Program-made: the position numbers and the translations under genes | The notes under the pieces: generated by a model | The model's database searches: none | What the model saw: only the letters and a program-made list of their open reading frames with translations | What the model was told of the DNA's origin: nothing | Virus record (IMG/VR): IMGVR_UViG_3300003690_003155 | Span: 32,001-96,000 of that record | Source of the DNA: a virus | Strand: one strand, 5' to 3' | Length of the DNA stretch: 64,000 bases | In this document: in pieces, positions 54,905 through 64,000 of the stretch | Layout: each line of letters opens with the position of its first letter | Position numbering within the stretch: position 1 is the first letter of the stretch

Positions 54905-56648
54905 GAAAATACATATAGTTTTAAGTTACAAAAATAGAAAGACTCAATTTCTTTATACATTAAAAAAATTAGATGAATTTAATTTTTTAGATTCTAATCC
55001 AAACCGATTAACAGTCATAGTTGTTGACGACGGTAGTGATGATGATAATAGATTAGAGGATATTATAGATAATTATAATTTTAAAATAACTTTATTTAGA
55101 ATAGAACCTGAACAAAAAACTTGGGAAAATTATACTTGTGTACAATATAATATAGGATTTCGCTTAATTGACGGTAATGACGATGATCTTGTAATTTTAC
55201 AAAACCCTGAATGTGTACATAAAGGTAATATTTTAAAATATTCTTTAGATAATGTAACTCATAAAGATTATCTTGTATATAGTTGTATTAACTTATTTGA
55301 AAAGCAAACTCAAAGTATACTGACAACAGATACTTGTCAGCTCGGCCCGGACCACGTCGGTCCCGAAGGATCGCGCGGATTTCTAGTAGGCGGTATTGAC
55401 TGGTATGTTCATCCAAAGTGGAATCCTAGATATTTTCATTTTTGCAGTTGTATGACGTATAAAAATTTAAAAAAACTTAACGGTTTTGATATGAGATTTA
55501 TATACGGACATGCATTTGATGATGATGAATTTGCTTTAAGAATTAAGAAGTTAGGTTTAAATAGAAAAATTATTTTAGAGCCGTATGTTTGTCATTTATA
55601 TCATGAAAGGAACGATCCATCACCGGATAATAAAAAACGGTGGTCTAGTCTGTTTTATAATCGAGACTTATTTGAAGGTATAAAAAAATCAGATACTGAA
55701 ACTTATGCAGTTAATAAAAATACTTTATTTGGCCTACCTGACGACATTACTACTTTATTTTCTCAAGATTGGGGGTTTGATAAGATTCCTAATTTTGAAT
55801 TAGCTACAACAAAAATACCAAAAATTGCTAATTTTTATTGGGGTGGAGATAAGATGTCTTTTTTGCGCTATTTGACTCTTTTTTCTTTTGTGAAATATAA
55901 TCCAGAATGGGAAGTTCGGTTATATGTACCACGTAAACCTTCGAATAGTACGGGTGATGATGGTATTCATTCTTGGAAAGATCAAGTTAACGGTAAGGAT
56001 TATTTTAAACTTTTACCGAAAGAAGTAAAAATAATTAAAGCTGATTTTGCAAACAGTTTCATAGGAGATGACGCACCTGAAGCACATAGATCTGATCTTT
56101 TAGGGTGGCAAATATTATCTACCACAGGAGGTCTTTGGTGTGATATGGATATTTTATTTTGTAAACCAGTCATTCCAATTGATGAATCTCAGGTACTTTA
56201 TTCTCACGATACATTTATATGTTTTGACGACAGAACTCAGTCAATACCTATAGGGTTCTTTTTCTCTAGTCCAAAAAACGAAGCTTTTAAAAAGGTATTA
56301 CAGGCAAGTAAGAGACTTTATGATAAAAATGATTATCAATGTATAGGCACTAAAGCTATAGCTTCTGTATTTGATAGTATTGATAACTGTAAGAGTAAAT
56401 TTCCTGGTTTAAACGTTGTAAATATACACTACAACACAGTATATAAGTATGATTTTTTAAATTTAGATAAATTATATAAAGAAAATAATTTCTCTCACAT
56501 ACTTCATAGTGGGGAGAGTGTAGGAATTCATTGGTATGGAGGTCATCCATTAAGCCAGGAATTTAATAATAAAATTAATATAGATAATTATGATAAATTA
56601 GAACTTAATACTATTACTGCAGCAATAAAATATTTGAATATAAAATGA
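54897..56648 (+). CDS. Two-domain glycosyltransferase (GT2 plus GT32/DxD-type)
   Basis: N-domain VVDDGS, NGFD, DDDEF, HLYH; C-domain IPKIANFYWGG, RSDL, GGLWCDMD, IHWYGG. Confidence 0.85.
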   Translation: MNKKIHIVLSYKNRKTQFLYTLKKLDEFNFLDSNPNRLTVIVVDDGSDDDNRLEDIIDNYNFKITLFRIEPEQKTWENYTCVQYNIGFRLIDGNDDDLVILQNPECVHKGNILKYSLDNVTHKDYLVYSCINLFEKQTQSILTTDTCQLGPDHVGPEGSRGFLVGGIDWYVHPKWNPRYFHFCSCMTYKNLKKLNGFDMRFIYGHAFDDDEFALRIKKLGLNRKIILEPYVCHLYHERNDPSPDNKKRWSSLFYNRDLFEGIKKSDTETYAVNKNTLFGLPDDITTLFSQDWGFDKIPNFELATTKIPKIANFYWGGDKMSFLRYLTLFSFVKYNPEWEVRLYVPRKPSNSTGDDGIHSWKDQVNGKDYFKLLPKEVKIIKADFANSFIGDDAPEAHRSDLLGWQILSTTGGLWCDMDILFCKPVIPIDESQVLYSHDTFICFDDRTQSIPIGFFFSSPKNEAFKKVLQASKRLYDKNDYQCIGTKAIASVFDSIDNCKSKFPGLNVVNIHYNTVYKYDFLNLDKLYKENNFSHILHSGESVGIHWYGGHPLSQEFNNKINIDNYDKLELNTITAAIKYLNIK

Positions 56649-57715
56649 GTAAAAAAAATATTATAACAGTTACTGGCATTAGACCAGATTTTATACGAAT
56701 GTCTGAGATATTTAGACTTTTAGATAAAGATAAAGATATCAATCATATCTTAATACATACTGGTCAACATTATGATAAATTACTATCAGATGTTTTTTTT
56801 GATGATCTAGATATAAGACAACCGGATTATAATTTAGAAGTAGGCTCCTCCGATAAAAAGCATTATCATCAACAAGCTGAGCTCGGCCCAAAAATGATTG
56901 AAACTATAGAAAAAAATAACTTAAACCCAGATATAATATTATTCTTAGGTGATAGTAATTCCATTCTCGCATCAGTACCTCTTAAAAAAGAAGGTTATAA
57001 AATTGGTCATATCGAAGCCGCGATGAGAAGTTATGATGAAAGGATGTTAGAAGAGATTAATCGTAAAGTTTGTGACCATGTCAGTGATATATTATTTGTA
57101 TATCATGATAATTATAAGCAAAAAGCTTTAAGAGAAGGAATTCCTGAGGATAGAATACATGTAATAGGAAATACAATAGTTGAGCCTCTGCTTAAATTAG
57201 CAGAAAATACTCCTAAGAGTAACAAGCATATTCTTCTTGATATTCATCGCCCGGAGAATTTTAAATATAGAGATAGAATGGAAAAAATATTAAATTATGC
57301 TAATTCTTGTATACGTAAATTTCAAATACCAGTTAAAATGCTTTTATTTAATAGAACAATAAAAGCAATTGAGGATTATAAGTTAAATTTAGAAGATATA
57401 GAGTTAATACCGCTTATGGGATATAAGGATTTTATTAAATTTCAACAAGAATGTAAATTTATAATAAGTGATAGTGGTACTGCACAAGAAGAGCCAGCTT
57501 TATTACATATTCCCGTAATTGTACCCAGAGATGTTACTGAACGACCTGAATCGGTAGAAAATAATTGTAGTTTTATGCTATCGCTAGAGGCACAAGATCA
57601 TTTAACTACTTCTCTTAAATGGCTTGCTTCAAAAAAACCGAATTCAATAGAATGGTTAGGAGACGGTACTACTAGTCATCGTGTATTAGCGCTATTAAAG
57701 ACATTTTTAAGATGA
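56645..57715 (+). CDS. UDP-HexNAc 2-epimerase (WecB family, FnlC/QnlB-like)
   Basis: GIRPDFIRMS, HTGQHYD, LGDSNS, HIEAAMRS, EEINR, SDSGTAQEE, TERPE. Confidence 0.92.
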   Translation: MSKKNIITVTGIRPDFIRMSEIFRLLDKDKDINHILIHTGQHYDKLLSDVFFDDLDIRQPDYNLEVGSSDKKHYHQQAELGPKMIETIEKNNLNPDIILFLGDSNSILASVPLKKEGYKIGHIEAAMRSYDERMLEEINRKVCDHVSDILFVYHDNYKQKALREGIPEDRIHVIGNTIVEPLLKLAENTPKSNKHILLDIHRPENFKYRDRMEKILNYANSCIRKFQIPVKMLLFNRTIKAIEDYKLNLEDIELIPLMGYKDFIKFQQECKFIISDSGTAQEEPALLHIPVIVPRDVTERPESVENNCSFMLSLEAQDHLTTSLKWLASKKPNSIEWLGDGTTSHRVLALLKTFLR

Positions 57716-58467
57716 TAGATATTAAAGTAATAGTCCCAGGGTATAATTGTGAGCCCTGGATTCATAAAACAATTAATTCTATAAAAAATCAGACTTTTAC
57801 AAATTTTAAATGTGTAATTATTGACGACACATCAACTGATAATACTCTTGAAGTAGCTGAGCAAATTATTAATAGTGATAATCGATTTAAACTTGTACGT
57901 AATACAGAGAATAATGGTGCATTAAAAAATATTTACGACGGCATAAAAATAATTAGCGACGATGATGAAGATGTTATTATTACAGTTGATGGAGATGACT
58001 GGCTTTACGATGAAAATGTTTTTGAAAAAGTTAATGATACGTATTTAGAAAATAATTGTCTTATTACATATGGAAGCTTTATTGAATATCCTTCTAATAC
58101 TACACACCCGTATTATCTAGCATCATATGATGAAAATGTAATTGAAAATAATTTATTTAGAGATGCCGACTGGAAGGCCTCTCATTTAAGAACATTTAAA
58201 GCAAAATTATGGAATAGTATTAAGTATGAAGATTTTATTGATCCAGAAACCGGTAAATTTTACGAAACGGCATGGGATTTAGCCTTTATGATACCGATGT
58301 TAGAAATGGCAGGAGATAGAAGTAGGCATATAAATGATATACTCTATGTATATAATAAGGAAAATCCCACAAGTGATATGTATATAAAAACACAATTGCA
58401 ATTAAGCACTGCAGACAGGATTAGAAAAAAACCAAGATATAAAAAACAGCTATTTATTACCCCGTAG
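57712..58467 (+). CDS. GT2 glycosyltransferase
   Basis: VPGYN, IDDTSTD, VDGDDWL, SHLRTF, DLAFMIPMLEMAG, LYVYN. Confidence 0.9.
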   Translation: MIDIKVIVPGYNCEPWIHKTINSIKNQTFTNFKCVIIDDTSTDNTLEVAEQIINSDNRFKLVRNTENNGALKNIYDGIKIISDDDEDVIITVDGDDWLYDENVFEKVNDTYLENNCLITYGSFIEYPSNTTHPYYLASYDENVIENNLFRDADWKASHLRTFKAKLWNSIKYEDFIDPETGKFYETAWDLAFMIPMLEMAGDRSRHINDILYVYNKENPTSDMYIKTQLQLSTADRIRKKPRYKKQLFITP

Positions 58468-58498
58468 TTTTTTTGAAGAGTTAATATAAAATATTAAT

Positions 58499-59419
58499 AT
58501 GGAGAAGATATTTATAACAGGCGGCGCAGGGTACTTAGGTCGTCATTTAGTTGAACATTATTATAACGATAATGAAATTACAGTTTTCTCAAGAGATGAG
58601 GCAAAACACGTTTACTTAAAAAAGAAATTTCCTAAGATAAATTGTATTATAGGAGATATTCGTAATTTTGATTTATTAAAAAGAGCATCTAGAGATCATA
58701 CTATAGGCATTTTTCCGGCGTCGATCAAACATATTGAATCTGTTGATCAAAACGTAGAAGAAGGTGTTAATATTTTGGTGAATGGAGCTATTAATTCAAG
58801 GAGAATTGCTGAAGAAAATGAATTTAAAGCTGCTTGTTTTATTTCATCAGATAAATCACGAGCAGCGACTACGTTGTACGGTGCAATGAAATTTATAGCA
58901 GGAGAATCATTTATCATTGACGCAGAACAGTCGAAAGTTAAATTATCTACTGCTATCTATGGTAATGTTTTAAATTCGACTGGTAGTATCATTCCGTTAA
59001 TATGGGATTCTATAAAAAATAAGTATTCATTAACTTTATATTCTGAACAAATGACCCGGTATATGATTGATATACAGCAAGCTGTTACTTTAGTAACATT
59101 AGGACTTAAAACAACTGGATATAATGTAATACCAAATTTACAAGCATTTAAAGTAAAGGATTTATTTGAAATATATGCTGATAGATTTGGACTAAAATAC
59201 ACATTAGGCAGTCCACGTATATCAGAAAAGTTACATGAAATGATGGTCGCTAACGAAGAGGTATCTCGAACTTATTATAATCCTGAGGAAGATACTTTTT
59301 ATATGCATTATAAAGATATAACTAAATCCCCAATAAAGGACGAAATGACGAGTGATAAAGTAACAGTATCAAAAGAAAATTTATTAAAACGTCTAGAAAA
59401 TTATGATTACTTTAAATAA
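58499..59419 (+). CDS. UDP-GlcNAc 4,6-dehydratase (PseB/FnlA/CapE-like)
   Basis: TGGAGYLG, FSRDEAKH, IGDIR, ASIKH, SSDK, YGAMK, YGNV, MTRY, EKLHE. Confidence 0.88.
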   Translation: MEKIFITGGAGYLGRHLVEHYYNDNEITVFSRDEAKHVYLKKKFPKINCIIGDIRNFDLLKRASRDHTIGIFPASIKHIESVDQNVEEGVNILVNGAINSRRIAEENEFKAACFISSDKSRAATTLYGAMKFIAGESFIIDAEQSKVKLSTAIYGNVLNSTGSIIPLIWDSIKNKYSLTLYSEQMTRYMIDIQQAVTLVTLGLKTTGYNVIPNLQAFKVKDLFEIYADRFGLKYTLGSPRISEKLHEMMVANEEVSRTYYNPEEDTFYMHYKDITKSPIKDEMTSDKVTVSKENLLKRLENYDYFK

Positions 59420-59422
59420 ACT

Positions 59423-60268
59423 ATGAAAGTATATGTTTTAGGCTCTAATGGAATGTTAGGTAAATATGTTTCTACATATCTATCTAAACTATATTCGGTT
59501 ATTAATGTTACTCGAGATAAGTTGGATATCGAATCTGCAATGGAAGGTGACATTAAGACTTTTTTTAAAAGGCATTGGTGGGATGAGCAGGAATTCCCAG
59601 GAATTAGTATTGAAAAGGGAGATGTTATTGTAAACTGTATCGGTTTAATAAAACCTTTAATCGATAGTTCAAATACAGTAGCAGCTATTAAAATTAATTC
59701 TTTATTTCCTTATATACTCTCTGAAATTGGCGAACGTCATTCTGCTAATGTTATACATATTACCACTGATTGTGTGTGGTCAGGTAAAGAAGGAAATTAT
59801 AACGAAGACTCTCCTCACGATGCTCTTGATGTATATGGTAAAACAAAGTCATTGGGTGAACCCACTAATTGTACAGTTATTCGAACTTCAATTATAGGAG
59901 AAGAAATCAATAATAATCGATCTTTAGTAGAATGGATAAGATCTAGAAAAGACAAAGATGCAAATGGTTTCTTAAATCATATATGGAATGGTGTTACATG
60001 CTTAGAGCTTGCTAAATGTATAGAGCATATTATTAGAAATAATAGTTACTGGAAAGGCGTTAGACATATTTTTTCTCCCGCTAGTGTAACTAAAGCTATA
60101 TTATTAAAATTAATTAACGACATTTATAATTTTAATATTACTATTAATAATATAGATGCTGCGATTGCTTGTGATAGGAGTTTAAGTACTAAGTTTGCTG
60201 GAACAATCGACTATGATATATTAGAGTTAGAGGATCAAATAAAAGAAATGAAAGAATTTAAATTATGA
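59423..60268 (+). CDS. RmlD-family 4-ketoreductase (QnlA/WbvR-like)
   Basis: LGSNGMLG, NCIGLIK, INSLFP, HITTDCVWSG, DVYGKTKSLGE, RTSIIG. Confidence 0.88.
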   Translation: MKVYVLGSNGMLGKYVSTYLSKLYSVINVTRDKLDIESAMEGDIKTFFKRHWWDEQEFPGISIEKGDVIVNCIGLIKPLIDSSNTVAAIKINSLFPYILSEIGERHSANVIHITTDCVWSGKEGNYNEDSPHDALDVYGKTKSLGEPTNCTVIRTSIIGEEINNNRSLVEWIRSRKDKDANGFLNHIWNGVTCLELAKCIEHIIRNNSYWKGVRHIFSPASVTKAILLKLINDIYNFNITINNIDAAIACDRSLSTKFAGTIDYDILELEDQIKEMKEFKL

Positions 60269-60678
60269 GGCAAATATTTTCTAAAGTAGAAAAGGGTAAA
60301 TTGTTACATCGCATAACTTGTAAAGATGATGTAACTCCGGGTAGAACTGATCTAGCTAGTGAAAAAGAATTTTTACAATGTGCTGCATTAAATCTACCAA
60401 AAGGTAAAACGTTTAGACCTCATAAGCATCTTTATAAAGATGGTGAAGATAAAGCTATTGCTCAAGAGTCTTGGGTAATTATAAAAGGAAAAGCTAAATT
60501 TGTTATGTATGACTTAGATGATCAAGTTATTGCAGAAGAAACATTAAATGAAGGAGATATGTCTATGACATTTTACGGTGGTCATACATATGAAGTCTTA
60601 GAGGAAGGTACTATAGTGTACGAATTTAAAACTGGTCCTTATTACGGTCAAAAAATAGATAAAGTTTTTTTAGATTAA
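60265..60678 (+). CDS. Cupin-fold protein (WbuC-like)
   Basis: FRPHKH, AQE, GGHTY, EFKTGPY. Confidence 0.8.
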   Translation: MRQIFSKVEKGKLLHRITCKDDVTPGRTDLASEKEFLQCAALNLPKGKTFRPHKHLYKDGEDKAIAQESWVIIKGKAKFVMYDLDDQVIAEETLNEGDMSMTFYGGHTYEVLEEGTIVYEFKTGPYYGQKIDKVFLD

Positions 60679-60681
60679 TTA

Positions 60682-61296
60682 ATGAAGCGACAATTTCCAA
60701 AAGAGTGGGTTGATATTGTAAGTGAACGATATTTTAAATATATTGCTGAGAATCGTCCTGTTAATTATAATTATTTTCGATCTCCTGGTGCATATGAACT
60801 TCGATATGCAAGAGATGGTTTTACTGAAAAAGAAATAGCGTATTATAATGAAATATTACATCCACCTAATATTGCTATTTTAGAGCATATTGTTGATCAC
60901 TATGAACAATATGAAGGTTTGCAGTTTTTAGACAATGGTTGTGGGTTCGGTGTGTTATCGATTTTTTTAAAAAAAATAGGAATTAGTTGCTACAATTATG
61001 ATACTTTAGATCAAATTGGATTTCTACCTACTTTTGAACCAGTAATAACAGAGAATGTACCACTGGATGTTAATGTTATTGTATCTAGCGGTATGTATAT
61101 TAATAATTTAGACTATCTTAAATTATCTGATTTAAAATATTTAATGATCGATAAAGATTGGAAAGCTCGATCCACAACTTTCTCAGCCACTGGGAATAAA
61201 ATTGCTTTTATAAACATTGTACCTAATTTAATTGAAAAATTTAATTTAAAACGACTTGAAAAAGTAAGAGACACAGTTATAATTTATGGAAAATGA
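60682..61296 (+). CDS. SAM-dependent methyltransferase-like protein
   Basis: Motif I FLDNGCGFG, YNYD. Confidence 0.7.
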   Translation: MKRQFPKEWVDIVSERYFKYIAENRPVNYNYFRSPGAYELRYARDGFTEKEIAYYNEILHPPNIAILEHIVDHYEQYEGLQFLDNGCGFGVLSIFLKKIGISCYNYDTLDQIGFLPTFEPVITENVPLDVNVIVSSGMYINNLDYLKLSDLKYLMIDKDWKARSTTFSATGNKIAFINIVPNLIEKFNLKRLEKVRDTVIIYGK

Positions 61297-61883
61297 ATTT
61301 TGATGTAGTTAAACGGTTTGAAGATCGAGTGGCTGATTTCTTTGGTGCGCCATATGGAGTTTCTATAGACTGCTGTACACATGGACTTGAGTTATGTCTT
61401 AGACATACAAAGGCTACACTAATAACAGTCCCAAAACGTACGTATATATCAATACCTTTTTTAGCTGATAAGCTTAATATACAGTTAAAATGGAAGGATG
61501 AGAAATGGAGTGATTTTTATTATTTAACTAATAATATTATAGATGCAGCAGTACTATGGAAGCGTAATAGTTATATTGCTGGTACATATATGTGTATTAG
61601 TTTTCAATTTCAAAAGCATTTAAGCCTGGGAAGAGGTGGTATTATTTTAACAGATAATAAAGTAGCGTCTGAACAACTTAAAAAAATGTCATATGATGGT
61701 AGAGTATCTGATATTCCGTGGCGACAACAAAATATTAGTACAATAGGGTATCATTATTATATGACACCAGAAATTGCATTGAAAGGGGTAGATAAGTTAC
61801 CTTATGCTATTAATACTACACCCAGGAAATGGGTAATATCTGATTATCCAGATTTAACGGAACTGGATATTTTTAAAAAATGA
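61293..61883 (+). CDS. DegT/DnrJ/EryC1/StrS PLP aminotransferase (short form)
   Basis: FEDRVADFFGAPYG, CTHGL, IDAA, SFQFQKHL, GGII, GYHYYM. Confidence 0.85.
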   Translation: MNFDVVKRFEDRVADFFGAPYGVSIDCCTHGLELCLRHTKATLITVPKRTYISIPFLADKLNIQLKWKDEKWSDFYYLTNNIIDAAVLWKRNSYIAGTYMCISFQFQKHLSLGRGGIILTDNKVASEQLKKMSYDGRVSDIPWRQQNISTIGYHYYMTPEIALKGVDKLPYAINTTPRKWVISDYPDLTELDIFKK

Positions 61884-62863
61884 AAAAGAAAGCATTTATA
61901 ACAGGAATCAATGGACAGGATGGCAGTTATCTCGCGGAATATTTACTTGAGAATGATTATAAAGTATATGGTATAGTGAGAAGGAATTCAGTCCCGGAGC
62001 ATCAAGAATCTAGAGTTGATGATTTATATAAAAATGGATTAATTGATACTGAATATGGAGATTTGCTTGATGTGTGTTCACTAGAAAGAGTTATTAAATC
62101 GGTTCAACCAGATGAAATTTATAATCTCGGAGCCCAGAGTCATGTAAGAATTAGTTTTGATGTTCCTCAATTTACAGTTAGTACAAATGCGTTAGGGGTT
62201 TTAAATTTATTAGAAGTATATAGACAGAATTGCCCTACCGCTAAATTTTATCAAGCTAGTTCATCTGAAATGTTCGGTACAAGTGTTGATGAAGATAATT
62301 TTCAAAGAGAGAATACTCCTATGAACCCAACCAGCCCGTATGGTTGTGCTAAAGTATTCGGTTATAACATAGTGCGTAATTACCGTAGAGGGTATAAATT
62401 GTTTGCTACCAATGGTATTTTGTTTAACCATGAGTCACCTCGTCGTGGATCCAATTTTGTAACGAATAAAGTAGTAAAGGCTGCTGTTAGAATCAAAGCC
62501 GGGTTACAAGAAGGATTAGAATTAGGTAATATGGATTCATATAGAGATTGGGGTCATTCTAAAGATTATGTAAGAGCAATGCACATGATATTGCAGCACT
62601 CTGAGCCAGATGATTTTGTAATATCTACAGGTAAGACACATTCTATTAGAGAGTTATGTGAATATGTGTTTAGTAATCTTGATCTTGACTATAAAAAATA
62701 CGTAAAACAAAATCCTAAATATATGCGCCCAGAAGAATTAAAATATTTGCGGGGCGATTCCTCTAAAGCACGCTCAGTATTAAAATGGGAACCAAAATAT
62801 ACGTTTGAAACGTTATTAGATGATATGATCCAGCATTGGAAATCTATATACAATGTGGACTAA
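61880..62863 (+). CDS. gmd: GDP-mannose 4,6-dehydratase
   Basis: ITGINGQDGSYLAE, LGAQSHV, QASSSEMFG, SPYGCAK, FNHESPRRG, RDWGH. Confidence 0.97.
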   Translation: MKKKAFITGINGQDGSYLAEYLLENDYKVYGIVRRNSVPEHQESRVDDLYKNGLIDTEYGDLLDVCSLERVIKSVQPDEIYNLGAQSHVRISFDVPQFTVSTNALGVLNLLEVYRQNCPTAKFYQASSSEMFGTSVDEDNFQRENTPMNPTSPYGCAKVFGYNIVRNYRRGYKLFATNGILFNHESPRRGSNFVTNKVVKAAVRIKAGLQEGLELGNMDSYRDWGHSKDYVRAMHMILQHSEPDDFVISTGKTHSIRELCEYVFSNLDLDYKKYVKQNPKYMRPEELKYLRGDSSKARSVLKWEPKYTFETLLDDMIQHWKSIYNVD

Positions 62864-63714
62864 TGAATAACGATGTCGTAAGTATAAATTTCTTCAATAA
62901 GCATGTAGGTAGGTTTAAATATGTAAATGATCATTGGCCGCAACCAAGTATTAATTATATTAACCCACCGGTATTAGAGTGGGAAGGGGTTAGTGTTTTT
63001 TCTGATGAGCAATGTTTTACAGATCTACCTATTAAAGTAAAAAGTAAATATAAAGTAGCATGGGCGCTGGAGAGCCCGGTTGTTAGGCCACAAATATATA
63101 ATAATTGTACGGAATTAATTGATATATTTGATAAAATTTATATTTGTAATCCTGAATTTTATGAAAATCATTCAAAAATTGAGAAACTGGAATTTGGTGC
63201 GTGTTTTATTTGGGAATCTCATTGCCGTGTTTACCCTAAAAATAAATTATTATCAATAGTTGCTTCAAAAAAGAAATATGCACCTGGACACAAACTTAGA
63301 CATAAAATTATAAATGACAAAATACACCCAGAATTAGAGTTATGGGGGTCAGGGTATAGGCCGTATGATGAAGAGCCCGATAGTACGGTATTACCATTTA
63401 AAGATTATATGTATACAATTGCTATTGAGAATTGTGTATATCCTGGCTATTTTACAGATAAAATAATCGATTGTTTTGCAACCGGCTGTATTCCAATATA
63501 CCAGGGATGTCCTTTAATGGATCAACGGTTTGATAAAAGAGGATTTTATACATTTAACACTATCTCTGAATTAAAAAACATATTAGATAAAATTAGCTCC
63601 GAAGATTATTATAGTAAATTGGAGTACGTAAAAGAAAATTATAAATTATTTAAGAAGTATGCTTCTCCTGATTTAAATTTAGTTAATGTATTAAAAAAAG
63701 ATGGCTTCCTATGA
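62863..63714 (+). CDS. GT10-like (fucosyltransferase-type) glycosyltransferase
   Basis: ESP, GHKLRH, YMYTIAIEN, YFTDKIIDCFATGCIPIYQG. Start likely ATG 62863 (TAATG overlap) rather than 62836. Confidence 0.8.
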   Translation: MNNDVVSINFFNKHVGRFKYVNDHWPQPSINYINPPVLEWEGVSVFSDEQCFTDLPIKVKSKYKVAWALESPVVRPQIYNNCTELIDIFDKIYICNPEFYENHSKIEKLEFGACFIWESHCRVYPKNKLLSIVASKKKYAPGHKLRHKIINDKIHPELELWGSGYRPYDEEPDSTVLPFKDYMYTIAIENCVYPGYFTDKIIDCFATGCIPIYQGCPLMDQRFDKRGFYTFNTISELKNILDKISSEDYYSKLEYVKENYKLFKKYASPDLNLVNVLKKDGFL

Positions 63715-64000
63715 GAAAAAAAGTTTTAGCGGCGGGATTTTTTGATTTATTTCATAGCGGTCATGTTAGATATTTTGAAAGTTGTTCGAAATACGGAGAT
63801 GTATATGTTTCTATAGGTACAGACGAAAATAGTATTTTTATTAAAAATAAAAAACCTATTTATATAGAAGATGAAAGGTTATATTTAGTAAAGAGCTGTA
63901 AGTTTGTAAAGGAAGCAAAGCTTAGCTATAATAGTATAGGTAAATGTTCGTTTAAAAGTTATTTACAAGAATTAAAACCAGATTATTTTATAATTAATGA
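63711..64000 (+). CDS. Cytidylyltransferase-like nucleotidyltransferase (HxGH), partial
   Basis: Manual translation MRKKVLAAGFFDLFHSGHVRY...IGTD...KPIYIEDERL...KPDY; runs off the window edge. Confidence 0.85.
   Translation, partial: MRKKVLAAGFFDLFHSGHVRYFESCSKYGDVYVSIGTDENSIFIKNKKPIYIEDERLYLVKSCKFVKEAKLSYNSIGKCSFKSYLQELKPDYFIIN

Noticed and set aside
973-59202. Short antisense or alternate-frame ORFs in the ORF track (e.g. 973-1173, 7141-7413, 9916-10182, 13585-13875, 41711-42094, 51294-51617)
   Set aside because: They lie wholly or mostly within well-supported genes, lack motifs and promoter signals, and are the expected shadows of codon bias.
2920-59600. Diversity-generating retroelement as the source of the variable patches
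   Set aside because: No reverse transcriptase and no template/variable repeat pair seen in the window.
1-64000. tRNA, rRNA, CRISPR array or long ncRNA
   Set aside because: Intergenic gaps are nearly all under 100 nt and are explained by promoters, one terminator or small ORFs. I saw no cloverleaf or repeat-spacer periodicity.
1-64000. Stop-codon reassignment
   Set aside because: Core genes are full length in the standard code, and TAA, TGA and TAG all end genes.
54071-64000. Host chromosomal O-antigen cluster (prophage boundary or chimeric contig)
   Set aside because: Same AT richness, tight gene overlaps and promoter style as the phage genes; no integrase, att site or wzx/wzy; similar GT genes are interleaved with core phage genes.

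Overview
The window is a gene-dense, AT-rich segment of a large T4-like (contractile-tailed) phage genome in the standard genetic code. I found no tRNAs, CRISPR arrays or mobile elements. It holds tail and baseplate genes (gp18, gp19, gp3 and gp54/26/29/48/53/27-like), terminase subunits, neck gp14, and a near-complete T4-type replication, recombination and late-transcription set (gp44, gp45, gp32, gp41, gp43, gp61, RNase H, UvsX/W/Y, gp46/47, gp55). Two accessory systems are woven in. The first is a 7-deazaguanine pathway (FolE, QueD, QueE, QueC) with a stand-alone class II glutamine amidotransferase, GMP reductase, a P-loop kinase and glycosyltransferases inside the replication operon; no recognisable DpdA is present in the window. 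The second is an extensive nucleotide-sugar and glycosylation toolkit (RmlA/RmlB/NRS-ER-like, FnlA/QnlA/QnlB-like, Gmd, aminotransferase, and eight glycosyltransferase genes). Reading the DNA directly shows several further patterns: two promoter classes sitting 5-7 nt from start codons (probable leaderless mRNAs), often back-to-back at divergent junctions; an internal late promoter with nested starts in an acidic head-like gene; a frameshifted gp53-like gene; and scattered GC-rich in-frame micro-insertions. All family assignments come from motif recognition, with no database search.
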